Positions 36,341-48,200 of a DNA stretch of 64,000 bases are shown here, piece by piece. How positions within the stretch are numbered: position 1 is the first letter of the stretch; each line of letters starts with the position of its first letter. Location: assembly GCF_021869535.1 (NCBI RefSeq), contig NW_026262701.1, positions 34,906,001-34,970,000 on the forward strand, given 5' to 3'. Made by a program: the position numbers and the translations under genes. The DNA comes from Mytilus californianus (taxonomy: Eukaryota). The notes beneath the pieces are model-generated. The model was not told where the DNA came from. It did not search any database and saw only the letters and a program-made list of their open reading frames with translations.

Positions 36341-38923
36341 AAGTGTTTTTAAAAAATCTCTTTTTACTTCTTAGCTAAAACTTGTATAATTGTTTAATAC
36401 CACATGTTACAGTGACACTAAAGAGCAAAAGCCAAAACCAATAGTGATATACTCACAAATTGTAAAATTAAATCCCAACTGCATGTTTTTGTTATACATG
36501 TTATAGTAGTATTGTATTATATAAGACGATTTATTAGTAAATTAAAATATACGAAAAAACACTGTAATGTAAAGGCATACAAGATGTTATATTTCCGGAA
36601 AATTTTAAATTGTAATTTATACTTATGTTATAGTATAAGTATCAATAGGTAACCCTAAACCTATTATTTATAGTATTTAGGGCTTCTAAGGAGAAAGCTG
36701 TATCCTTAAAAGATTTATGCACAGCTTTAATGAAATAAAGTATATGTTTAAAAAAAAAAGAAAAAAAAAAGAGTAAGAACAGAAAAGTCGTCCCGTATAT
36801 CATAAAAATGGTATGAAGATTTACCATGAGAAGTTATAATATCAAAGACCAAAATGTTATCGATCTCTATGTATGTTTGTTTAAGTAAGGACAGTTTATT
36901 TGCTATATAATAGTATCCTATATCATGATTATAATATTGCCAAATAAAGGACAGTCCTACAAGGTTACCCTTTATTTGGCATATTTGTTAGAGTTCATGT
37001 ACTAGAAATATTGTTTCTATTTAAGTAGCCGAAATAAAACGTTTATAAAATTTAATTTTCAGAAAGTCAGGTGAAATAAAATTTACAACGTTTAAAAAAA
37101 AAAACATATTTGGCTGATGCAAATTGTGTAACCTAAGCCTATATCAAATTTGTGTTATATTCACCATGTTACTCGGATTGATCCTTTCACGCATTAGAAT
37201 TTCCTCTTTCATAGTGCTTGTCATGATTATATGTAAAGGCATACAAGATATCTGTACCCGACGAGAATATGTATATATTTTGCACATCAACATCATTAGC
37301 ATGTGGTAAGGGTTGATTGGGGTATAGAAATATGACAGTAAAACCTGTGCTAAAGCGAGTCGTCAATTGAATGTGCTGGATGTATAAATACGCAGCCACG
37401 TCCGTTGAGAATGGGATGTTAAATCCGATTCAATTGCCTTCTTTTGGGAGTTATTGTCTTATAAGTTAAAACTATAGTTTTAAACCGATTTTCATGTGAT
37501 TTGCCTGTAATCTGGAAAATAGTTATAGATAAAACTGTAAAAACATTCACGGTATCAATTTTAATGCACCATAAGCGCGCCAATCTTTCTGCAGTGATGC
37601 TCGAGGCAAAAATATTCAATAATCTTATACAAACGTAAAAGAGGTGATAAAACCTGAAAGGAATAACAGTAAAGGCAAACAGTGTTAAACAATATAAATG
37701 ATTGTCAAGGGATTATCTACAAAATTGCTAATATAACTAACACCATCAATTGACGGCTTATAGGAGTTATTACCCGTTTAAGCAAATGTTGAATTATTTT
37801 CAATATTAAAGTGAAGGCCTGCTATCTAGGAAACTATACTATATAATCAGAAACTGAAAACAGTAGAAATTGTCATCAAGGCTAGATAATCAAAGAAGTC
37901 ACAAAATAAAAACTGTCAGTTGATTTTTATTAGGGTTATTGCCCTATAATGAAGGATCATGAAGATTTTAATGAACTTTGATATTTATTAGATTTTATCC
38001 AGAAAACAATAAAGAATAAGAAGAAACCGTAATAGGCGAAATTGAAAAAAACAAGCAAATTGAGATCTAAAAATAATTCCATTGGTCCTCTTAGTTAAGG
38101 ACAAATGATTTAAGGAAAGGTTGTGTGGGGGTTGGAGAATTTTACGAAAATAAAATGTTATCACGAATTTTACTTAAAGAACTAATGTGATCCTAATACT
38201 GGAGAAAGCACAAATTATTCGCTTTAATGTTACTTGAGTGCTTACAAAAAGATGCATAAAAAATATTTGTGAATAAGTTATCTGATTGTATTCTAATACA
38301 AAACAATACTGCGAAAAAAAGTCAAAATAAAAATATCATTTCAGTATATTTTTGTCCGGTGAGCGATTCAGGGGTTTGAGTCTCTTGTCATAATGATAAT
38401 TTGTCAAAATGTACTGCATTTGCAGAACAAATAAAAACAACTATCATCATGGTTATATCTTTTTCTTTGTTTGTTAAAAACGTTCATTAATCGATATTCG
38501 AATGAAGGTCGCTAAAAAGAGAGGACATAGTTTCCTTATGTAGCGTGTTTCGTCGAGTATGCATTCTTGGTGGAATAGATTAAAGTTAAAAAAAATGTGT
38601 CCCATAAAAGCACGTTTTCATATATATACATCGTAAGAAAGCATTCAACTGATATATTTATTAAAGGTATTGGTCACATGACGTAGTTACGGTCAAGTGA
38701 TTGTTTACTATAAACACGTGTGTGTGTTTACATCAAGCACATGGTGTGTGTTTATGTTCTATTTGATTGGATGGCATATACCCGCAATGCGGTTTTTACG
38801 GGTATATGCGCTCATGAGATTCGTGAAAAGCATGATTAAGTATTACTTAAGGGGTTCGTTTGAGAAAATAAAGTTATTCGAAGTTTGCCTATAGTTAACG
38901 TAGCAGCAGTTCGTTATTGTGGT

Positions 38924-39688
38924 ATGTCTGACTACGAGAAACTTCTAGATTCTGACCATGAATCTTTGCCTGGTCCTAGTGTACATTCGTTGCCTGATGG
39001 TAGTTCTGCACATCATACTGGTAATAACGACTTGGTTGATACATTCTCGCTGTTTAAAACCTATCTTGACGGGAAGATCGCTACTCTTCACAAAGACTTG
39101 GCCGTTGGCAATGAGAACTTCGCTACCAAACTCAAGCAAGAAGTGTCAGTTAAACTTAAAGGTGAGGGTAACCAGATACAGTTCAATTTCAATTGTGAAA
39201 TTATGGCCGACCTTGTTAAGCTTCAGAAGCGTATTCCTGATGAAGATGCAGCATGTCTTAAATTGGTATCTGGTGCTATCCTCAAAGTTAAGAAGCGTAA
39301 TAAACTCATCCGCATTGCAGACAAATCTCCCGCAGGCTGGAAAACCGTCCGCGAATATGAGAGTGACGACCTTGCCTCCGACTCAGAAGATGAGAAACGC
39401 ATTCGTTCTGCAGAAAGCCGTGCCATTAGGAGTATCAAGGAAAAGAAAAGACCTCATCCTTATAGAACCGTTACAGCTACTGTTTCTGCTCCTCCTGCTC
39501 CAATGCCCAATCAACACAATGTTCGACAAAACAATTATCAACAGCCGCCCTTTCGGACCAGCAGACGGAGGGAACCCTCATCTCATGACATCTGTTACAA
39601 CTGCAACCAGCTTGGTCACTGGCGAACTCAGTGCCCCCTTTTCAGTACAAAACCAGCTGTCCCAGGGACATCAAGGCAACAGAGTTAA
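38924..39688 (+). CDS. Gag-like ORF1 with CCHC zinc knuckle
   Basis: First ATG at 38924 (MSDYEKLL); CYNCNQLGHWRTQC near the C terminus. Confidence 0.85.
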   Translation: MSDYEKLLDSDHESLPGPSVHSLPDGSSAHHTGNNDLVDTFSLFKTYLDGKIATLHKDLAVGNENFATKLKQEVSVKLKGEGNQIQFNFNCEIMADLVKLQKRIPDEDAACLKLVSGAILKVKKRNKLIRIADKSPAGWKTVREYESDDLASDSEDEKRIRSAESRAIRSIKEKKRPHPYRTVTATVSAPPAPMPNQHNVRQNNYQQPPFRTSRRREPSSHDICYNCNQLGHWRTQCPLFSTKPAVPGTSRQQS

Positions 39689-41702
39689 TGATAAGTATTT
39701 TGATACTACTTTTTTAGATGAAAGCAATCTTTACGGACAGTTTGAACTGGTTCTGTCACATGCTAAATATTTTGATAATATTGATATTTCATCTGTTGCA
39801 AAAGGGGTAAAATATAGTTTACGCAAGCATATACAATTCTGGAAACATATAGGTGCAAATGAATTTGTTATCAATACTATCCAACATGGTTACGTTATTC
39901 CATTTTTGCAGACTCCTACATCTATGTCATTTAAGAATAACAAATCTGCAAATGTTCATTCTAAATTTGTAAATGAAGCAATTTCAGAATTACTGAATAT
40001 CGGATGTGTTATTGAAACTCCATTTCAACCGTTTGTTGTAAATCCGCTAAGTGTTGCAGTTCAAAGTTCGGGCAAAAAACGTCTGATTTTAGATTTAAGT
40101 GAACTGAATGTTTTTATTAAAAAAGAAAGAATAAAATTTGAGGACTGGAAAGTGGCTTTAAATTATTTCACAAAAGATTGCTATCAATTTAAATTTGATC
40201 TTAAGTCTGGATATTTTCATTATGACGTATGTACTAAACAACAAACATATTTAGGATTTTGCTGGAACGAAAAATTTTACTGTTTTACAGTGTTAGCCTT
40301 TGGTCTATCATCTGCTCCATATCTTTTCACAAAATGTCTACGACCAATCGTAAAATATTGGCGAGAAAATGGCGTAGATATTGTACTTTACTTAGATGAT
40401 GGACTTGGAATGGGTAAAAATAAACAAGAAGCTTCCGAATGTTCATCTTTCGTGAAAACCTCCTTGTTAGAAGCAGGGTTTTTAATTAACATGGATAAAT
40501 CTATTTTTGAGCCAGTACAATGTTTAGAGTGGTTAGGTTTAGTTTGGGATTCGTCTGATTTTTCAATTAGTATATCAGATAGACGGATTGATAATACACT
40601 TACATCATTGGTTGATATTTTGAATAACTTTCCTAATTTCACAGCACGTAAATTGGCTCAGGTAACGGGAAAGGTAATTTCTATGTGTCCAGTCATGGGT
40701 AACATAACTAGTTTAATGACCCGTTATTTACACTGGGCAATTGAATACAGAGTAAAGTGGGATTTAAAGTTAATATTGGAATGTCCTGATTGTGTATTTA
40801 ATGAGCTCACATTTTGGCTGAATAACATTAAAAGATTGAACAGAAAACATTTAGCAGGTTATTCTTTTCCTCACGTGCTTGTATATTCTGATGCCAGTAA
40901 CGTAGCTGCTGGTGCTTACTCGATAGATATTGACTCTAATATTTTTCATCAGATGTGGACTTTACAAGAGTCCCTAAAGAGTTCTACATGGAGAGAACTT
41001 CAAGCTATTTTGTTGGCTTTGATGTCGTTTAAGAACCGTTTAAGAAATAAATGTGTTAAATGGCATACAGATAATAATAACTGTGTTTCCATTGTTCAGA
41101 AAGGAAGTGCAAAAGTACATTTACAAGAGATAGCTATTAATATTTTTAAGTTGTGTTCTGAATTGAATATTACTTTAGATGTTGTTTGGATCCCGAGATC
41201 TAAGAATACAAAAGCTGATTATATTTCTAAAATGATTGATATAGAAGACTGGGGAACAAATAAAGAATTTTTTAAATTAGTAGATAATATGTGGGGTCCG
41301 CATACTGTGGACAGGTTTGCGAGTAATTTGAATAAAAAATTACCAAGATTTAATTCCAAATTCTGGAATCCAGGTGTTGAAGCAGTTGATGCGTTCACGC
41401 AAAATTGGAAAAATGAAGTAAATTGGATTGTTCCTCCAATTTCCGTTGTCTGTAGAGCAATCAAACATTTGATTTTATGTAAGGCTAGAGGCACTTTGAT
41501 AGTTCCAAAGTGGCCTTCCTCGTCATATTGGACAATGATTTTTAAAAAAGGTTCGCATTTGCAACCCTATGTAACTGATGTTTTAGAATTTCAACCAAAT
41601 CAGAACATTTTTATTCATGGTATGAATAATAAGTCCTTGTTGGGATTTTCTGAATTCGTTTCTAGTGTTTTAGCTATTAGATTGAACGCTCAGTTCATGT
41701 AA
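38958..41702 (+). CDS. Pol: reverse transcriptase, RNase H and methyltransferase-like domain (true start uncertain, overlaps gag)
   Basis: FDLKSGYFH, AFGLSSAP, YLDD; RNase H YSDAS/RELQAI/TDN/ADYISK; C-terminal VDRFAS...NWIVPP...GTLIVPKW. Confidence 0.9.
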   Translation: MNLCLVLVYIRCLMVVLHIILVITTWLIHSRCLKPILTGRSLLFTKTWPLAMRTSLPNSSKKCQLNLKVRVTRYSSISIVKLWPTLLSFRSVFLMKMQHVLNWYLVLSSKLRSVINSSALQTNLPQAGKPSANMRVTTLPPTQKMRNAFVLQKAVPLGVSRKRKDLILIEPLQLLFLLLLLQCPINTMFDKTIINSRPFGPADGGNPHLMTSVTTATSLVTGELSAPFSVQNQLSQGHQGNRVNDKYFDTTFLDESNLYGQFELVLSHAKYFDNIDISSVAKGVKYSLRKHIQFWKHIGANEFVINTIQHGYVIPFLQTPTSMSFKNNKSANVHSKFVNEAISELLNIGCVIETPFQPFVVNPLSVAVQSSGKKRLILDLSELNVFIKKERIKFEDWKVALNYFTKDCYQFKFDLKSGYFHYDVCTKQQTYLGFCWNEKFYCFTVLAFGLSSAPYLFTKCLRPIVKYWRENGVDIVLYLDDGLGMGKNKQEASECSSFVKTSLLEAGFLINMDKSIFEPVQCLEWLGLVWDSSDFSISISDRRIDNTLTSLVDILNNFPNFTARKLAQVTGKVISMCPVMGNITSLMTRYLHWAIEYRVKWDLKLILECPDCVFNELTFWLNNIKRLNRKHLAGYSFPHVLVYSDASNVAAGAYSIDIDSNIFHQMWTLQESLKSSTWRELQAILLALMSFKNRLRNKCVKWHTDNNNCVSIVQKGSAKVHLQEIAINIFKLCSELNITLDVVWIPRSKNTKADYISKMIDIEDWGTNKEFFKLVDNMWGPHTVDRFASNLNKKLPRFNSKFWNPGVEAVDAFTQNWKNEVNWIVPPISVVCRAIKHLILCKARGTLIVPKWPSSSYWTMIFKKGSHLQPYVTDVLEFQPNQNIFIHGMNNKSLLGFSEFVSSVLAIRLNAQFM

Positions 41703-41946
41703 GAATTTACGACAAGGCTGTTGAGCAAGGTCGTATGGTAAAGACAAGGCCAATCTAATGGCAAGGTCGTATGCTGATGACAAGGCCAAATTAAATAGGC
41801 AAGGTCTCACCTGACATGGCCAGTGTGAAAAATAAATCTGGCAAGGTCATTTAAATATATTGTAAGCTAGTAGTAGTATAGTAGATTATATTTCTATTTG
41901 ATATGCACGTTTTTCAGATATTTTTTCATGTGGAGTCTGGAAATCC

Positions 41947-42933
41947 TTGCCTAAGCCAGTTGACCAAGATTTATCATCTTTATCTAACTGCCTACCTGAG
42001 TTCTGTCTCTATTCGAAAGCCGAGAATACCAAAAGAAAATACTCTTATGCATTTAACAATTTCTGTAAGTGGTGTAATAAATATTCTTATGTTAAACCTT
42101 TACCAGCTTCAGATTTTTATGTTTCATTGTACTTAATACACATATCAAAGACATTTAACTCGTATGCTAAGGTTGAAGAAGCATATTATTCAATAAGCTG
42201 GGCTCACAAACTAGCTGGCTTTTCTAATCCGTGTAATTCACAGTTGTGTATATCGGTTAAAGAAGGAGCTCATAGAAAGATTGGACATATTATTGTAAAT
42301 AAAAAAGAACCAATTACGCCAGATATTTTAAAGAAAATTGTTAATAAATATGGTAAAGAATGTAACAATCTTATAGAAATTAGAATTTGTTGTATGTGTC
42401 TTATTAGTTACGCAGGCTTTTTAAGATTTTCTGAAATGGTAAATTTAAAAAGATCTGATTTAAGATTTGCTGATACACATGTCTCTTTGCTCATACAGAA
42501 AAGCAAAACTGATCGTTATAGAGAAGGCACACAAGTTTTAATTGCTAGAACAGATACACAAACATGCCCTGTTAGTATGTTGGAGAAATATTTGTTATTA
42601 TCCAATATAGATGCATCATCTTCAGATTATATATTTAGATCCATGTATTTATGTAAAAAATCTAGATCTTATAGACTGAGAGGTTTTAAACCTTTGTCAT
42701 ATACTAGAGTTAGAGAAATTATATTATCAGCTCTGGAATCTATCGGTTTAGATAAGTCAAAATTTGGATTACATAGCTTGAGATCAGGTGGAGCTACTGC
42801 AGCTGCATCAGCTGGCATTCATGATAGATTATTTAAGAAGCATGGTAGATGGGCTTCAGATAAAGCAAAAGATGGCTATGTAAGAGAAAATGTTAAAGAA
42901 AAACTGATAGTGTCTAAAAGTTTGGGAATTTAA
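41947..42933 (+). CDS. Tyrosine recombinase (no AUG start)
   Basis: RFSE, SKTD, HSLRSGGAT, HGRW and GYV catalytic motifs all present. Confidence 0.92.
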   Translation: MPKPVDQDLSSLSNCLPEFCLYSKAENTKRKYSYAFNNFCKWCNKYSYVKPLPASDFYVSLYLIHISKTFNSYAKVEEAYYSISWAHKLAGFSNPCNSQLCISVKEGAHRKIGHIIVNKKEPITPDILKKIVNKYGKECNNLIEIRICCMCLISYAGFLRFSEMVNLKRSDLRFADTHVSLLIQKSKTDRYREGTQVLIARTDTQTCPVSMLEKYLLLSNIDASSSDYIFRSMYLCKKSRSYRLRGFKPLSYTRVREIILSALESIGLDKSKFGLHSLRSGGATAAASAGIHDRLFKKHGRWASDKAKDGYVRENVKEKLIVSKSLGI

Positions 42934-44859
42934 TTTTTATAGATATACTATATATGTGTATTATTCTTTGCTCAGATCTGCTTGGCTTTCTTTGTCTTTC
43001 GAAAGGCTGCTACACCTGTAGGCACACTTATCCTATTTATGTTTTGTTTTATTTATTAAATAATTTATATTCGTTTGAGCTGGCGAATTAGAATATAAAT
43101 ATATTTATTAAAGGTATTGGTCACATGACGTAGTTACGGTCAAGTGATTGTTTACTATAAACACGTGTGTGTGTTTACATCAAGCACATGGTGTGTGTTT
43201 ATGTTCTATTTGATTGGATGGCATATACCCGCAATGCGGTTTTTACGGGTATATGCGCTCATGAGATTCGTGAAAAGCATGATTAAGTATTACTTAAGGG
43301 GTTCGTTTGAGAAAATAAAGTTATTCGAAGTTTGCCTATAGTTAACGTAGCAGCAGTTCGTTATATGTTTACCCACCCACCCACCCCTTTTATGAGTTGG
43401 GTATTGTTAACGTGGGCATATACATATATTACACTATATTAATATGAATTTTTCCTCTTTTGTAGATAGTTTTTGATTGTGTTACTGTATATTCTATTAT
43501 ATGATTGGATTGGTAGTGTGCTTGTCTGAATTATAGTGAAGGACTTTAGTTTGAAGAATTGTGAATGTAAATAATATTAAAGACTGCTACACCTGTAGGC
43601 ACACTTATCCTATTTATGTTTTGTTTTATTTATTAAATAATTTATATTCGTTTGAGCTGGCGAATTAGAATATAATTGGTATTTTTATCAGAGAGCATTC
43701 TTTGATACGATATGTCGATAAACCCGGTCTCGCCCTTTTTTGAGATTCCCTAAGTTTTCGTTGTTTCCTTGATTTGTCTCTTCTTCATCGATTTACGAGA
43801 TTTTGAACATCGGAAAACTACTGTCGCTTTAAATAATTCACTTGTACCTTTTTGGTGTTTTATTTTATACCAGTTTTAAAGAGTTGAGTGATTTTTTTTC
43901 TGGACTGGTTTTTATTTTATGAATTTCTTTAACATCTGAATTGTGCTAAATGCGCGAATGAAGGTCGCTAAAAAAGGAGGCCATAGTGTCCTTATGTAGC
44001 GTGTTTCGTCGAGTATGCATAATTGGCGGAATAGATTAAAGTTTTAAAAAATGTGTCCCAAAAAAGAACGTTTTCATATATATACATGGTAAGAAAGCAT
44101 TCAACTGTTGGTATTTTATCAGCGAGCATTCTTTGATACGATATGTCGATAAACCCGGTCACGCCCCTTTTTGAGATTCCCTAAGTTTTCGTTGTTTCCT
44201 TGATTTGTCTCTTAATCGATTTACGAGATTTGAACATTGGAAAACTACTGTCGCTTTAAATAATTCACTCGTACCTTTTTTGTGTTTTATTTTATACCAG
44301 TTTAGAGAGTTGAATTATTTTTTTCTGGACTTTTTTATTTTATGTATTTCTATATACCTTTTATCATTCCACTAATCGAGATTTAAAGGTAGAAGGTTGA
44401 CTGCTAAAAAACAGGTATTACACAGCCAAATGTGCTTCTCCTAGGTAAGAAACCTCTTCGGTGGTTTTCTTTACTCATATCTTAATGTTTTGTCGTTTAG
44501 GGAATTTGATGTTGATTGTTATTTTTGAGCCTCTTTTTGATTTATTCACAGCATTCCTATGTATACCTTCGTAGATTTGCAGTTTGACATATTACGTAAA
44601 CATTTGTCGATTGTTATGTTTCTAGATTTACATCCAAAGTATTTCTGTTCTTTAACACATTTCAAAGAATGTAAGTAAGTAAGTGAGTAAATCATTTATT
44701 ATAGTGACATGTGTAAATATGTACAAATTTTAACGATAAAACATAAGGAAATATGAATACACTCGGCCAAATGAAACAATAAATCATCTTAGATAATATT
44801 AAACATGTTTTTTCACGTTCTTGCAAATAACAAATTATTCATGAATTTATCTTCAATAC

Positions 44860-45240
44860 TGTTAATTAAAGTTAATTATTTTAGATATCTTTTTGTAAAA
44901 TAAATTACGTCTTTTGGGGTATGCCTGGACAATCATGTATTTGGCCAATTTTCGGGTACGATTCAACATTAACAATTTAACTTTTTCGTTACTGTTCATA
45001 GATAAGAGAGAAGACGTTATCAAAAGTTCACCAAACAAATGTACTCGGATACCATTATAGAATGAACAGTCCAATAAAAAATTCGTCTCGGATTCGGTCA
45101 CTTCATCGGCGCAAAATCTACAGTCTTTCTGTTGGTCATTCACCGATATAGCGTCCAGCTTCTATCCTCAAAGACAATATTCCACATCTGATTTTTTCTA
45201 AATGTGAACGATCTACATGTGTTTGGTAATTGAATTGACT
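44860..45240 (-). mobile_element. LINE C-terminal zinc-finger fragment (CR1/L2-like)
   Basis: CRFCADEVTESETNFLLDCSFYNGIR resembles the C-terminal C-x2-C...E.E.HFLL.C..Y motif of LINE ORF2 proteins. Confidence 0.6.
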
Positions 45241-45289
45241 ACAAATCTGATTTCTTTGAATGCCTAATCACGCTCACTATAATTAAAAA

Positions 45290-48200
45290 AAAACCAAAAT
45301 ACCGAACTCCAAGGAAAATTCAAATCGGAAAATTCCTTATCAAATGGCAAAAAAAAAAAGCTCAAACACAGCAAACGAATGGAAAACAACTGTCATATTC
45401 CTGACTTGGTACAGGCATTTCCTTATGTAGAAAATGGTGGATTAAACCTAGTTTTATAGCTAGCTAAACCTCTCACTTGTATGACAGTCGCATAAAATTC
45501 CATTATATTGACAACAATGTGTGAACAAAACAAACAGACATAATAGGTAAAATACAAAAAATGACCACAGTACAACACATTGGCGGGATGCTTAAGTACC
45601 GAGCCACGCCAAAAGGATATTACCAAAATTGGACTAAACAGTAAAGGTTAATAATTTACAAAGGCAAATAAATTAACACTATAACACGTAATTAAGATGA
45701 TAAACAAGGTCAGTAGAATCTATACATTTGTGAAGTTGATACGGAATATTTGTCAACAAGGTTGGTATCTTCCGATGAACATTTTTTTAGAAAAAGGACG
45801 AGACGTTCTTTGACATAGGTAGCAATACACAGTTAGAAGTTTAGTTTCGCATTATGGCCATGGTGAATTTTTTAAATATGAAAGTTTTTGTACAATAAAA
45901 TTGATTTTTAGATAATTTAAGAATAATATAGCCTTCTTAGTGGGTTTATATGAACATTTAGATTGTTTTTAGCATGTTTTATAGGCCATTTTTCTGTTTG
46001 ACAGTCCGTATTTTCCTATCCGTACCGCCCATAGGTCCATAAATTATTGTAGTGTTTATCAACAAAGATTTTGCGCTCGATCTTTTCAATTCAATTTTAT
46101 AGAAAAACGAGCAGAAATGCATATGATTTTTTTTGGACCTCTTGATAGATATACGTCTATGGATTCAGGAAAGGTATCACTGTAATTGATTGAAATTTTC
46201 CTTTGGACCAAATTTTGTAGACTTTTGTGACATGTTCACCCCCTTTCTTTGCAATATTTTGTATCAAAGAAATGCAGATTGTTGCCATGGTTACACCCAA
46301 AAGAGATTATATTTCACCATTATAACCATTAGAAATCAAATCTATGGAAGATTTTCTTTCTATAAATATACACATGCATAACACAAATATTAAGCCTTAT
46401 TTGTTAGAAAGGAAGGGAAAGAGGGTGTTTAAAAATTATGAGTGTCAATTTTAAGTTTTTTTCCTAACTGTGTATTGCTACCATAACCCTGGTTCATCAA
46501 CTTTCTGCTCAGACACTGTTGACGTTTTATAAAGTCTGGGTAGCAGCTGCAAGCTCTTGAATACCGAATGAGTTGGGAAATGTATATCCCATATGCAGGT
46601 GAAGTTGGTTTATTGCTGCTAAGTTGGGGGGAATTGATAATTTCAAAATAAAATAGTCTCGTTTGTCATAGATTCTGGAACTGAGACGACCGCTTATGTC
46701 ATATTCGAGGTATAAGTCTAAAAAAGAGGCAGAGGAAGCCGTGTCTGTTGTTTCTTTAATTTCTAGTTCTGGAGGATACATTTGTGAAACCCAATCAGAA
46801 AAGATTGGACTGTTAAAGGAAAGAAAATCATCAATATATCTGAATGTGAAATCAAATGATCTGTCTTCTTTGATCTTCTTGATTTTTACAAGTGTCTGAA
46901 GGAACTCTGACTCATATGAAAATAAGAAGAGGTCGGCAAGGAGAGGCGCACAATTCGTTCCCATAGGAATGTCGACAATTTGTTGAAAAAGTCTACCTCC
47001 AATTTCAACAAATATGTTGTCAATAAGAAACTCCAGCATACTGATCACTTGTTCCTCTATGTAGCATGTTTTACCTTTTTGTTCACTTTTAACAAAATAT
47101 GCCGTATGGTATGCCAAAGTAATAAATTTATAGCGTATGCTACCATTTTTATATTGAAAAGCATTGTGGATTATTTCTTTTAGACGATTGTTCAATTTCA
47201 CATGGGAAATAGTGGTATACAGGGTTGAAAAATCAAAAGGTTTGAAAGCATTAATTTCAGAGAAAGATCGAGATTTAAAATTATCCAGAAGTTCTTTAGG
47301 GTTTTTTTAGAATCCACATATGGTTAATACCAATACGCGAGTAAACAGTTTACAGTATTTCTGAAGACCCTCTTTCACAGCGGACAGAATTTTTGTCAAT
47401 CTAATTGACAATTCCTTTGTAGAACATGCAGATGAGCCGGCAATGTACCGTTGTTTATACGGAATTTTGTGAAGCTTTGGTATCCAATACAAACAAGGTA
47501 AGTCCTCAGATTTGCTGTTCAATGTAATGTTCATTGAAGCCATGATTAGGACTTATGATTCACCAAAATCTCATCCTTGTCAAATGATATGTTTTTGTAT
47601 GTGGATTACCTGAGTGTTTTTTTACTCCTAATTCTTTTACAAGATATTCGTAGTAGTACGATTTACATACAAAGACAATATTATTTGAAGCTTTGTCCAT
47701 CGGAACAACAACATATTTATCGTGTAGAGATGATAGACATTTTACAGCTTCTTTGTCTCTGAAAACGGACTTTGGTCGATCATTTACACAGTTTTTCAAC
47801 TTATAAATTCGACGTTTTATCAGAGACCTGATTGTTTTGACCCATTCTGACAAAGTGTCCAGTTCAACTTCTTCTCGTTTAGCCCTTGCTCTGGCGTAGT
47901 CCTCAATGGAATCCATGCGTATTTTTGAAGTTATGGTTCCAATTGATGTGTTGGGGTTCCTTCGGAGATGTTCTTGTTGAATTATGTTAGATCCCCAGTA
48001 ATATCATGGCCAGAGGGGCTGTAAATATAAGGCGAGTGGGAACAGTCACATGTCAGAGGGTTTTTTCTTCTTCTAAATCAAGGTCCTGCAATGCTTGCTT
48101 ATAGCTAAATACTTTAGGTGCAATGGTTTTGGTGTAACTGTAGGATACAATAGGAACAGACTGGTTTTGAAAATAAAGTGGAATTTTAGATGTTGCCTCC

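Larger units (their letters stand above)
38652..43675 (+). mobile_element. Tyrosine-recombinase retrotransposon with split direct repeats (PAT/Ngaro-type), apparently intact, 5024 bp
   Basis: Layout A1-gag-pol-YR-B1-A2-spacer-B2. A = 38652-38917 and 43099-43364 (266 bp); B = 43007-43098 and 43584-43675 (92 bp). No TSD. Confidence 0.95.
38499..44350. repeat. ~432-bp tandem repeat (2 units), first unit split by the YR retrotransposon
   Basis: Unit 1 = 38499-38651 + 43676-43954; unit 2 starts at 43955 and reads CAACTG|TTGGTATT uninterrupted at 44102-44115. Confidence 0.85.

Noticed and set aside
36939-36980. 12-bp inverted repeat hairpin
   Set aside because: Isolated; no associated element boundaries identified.
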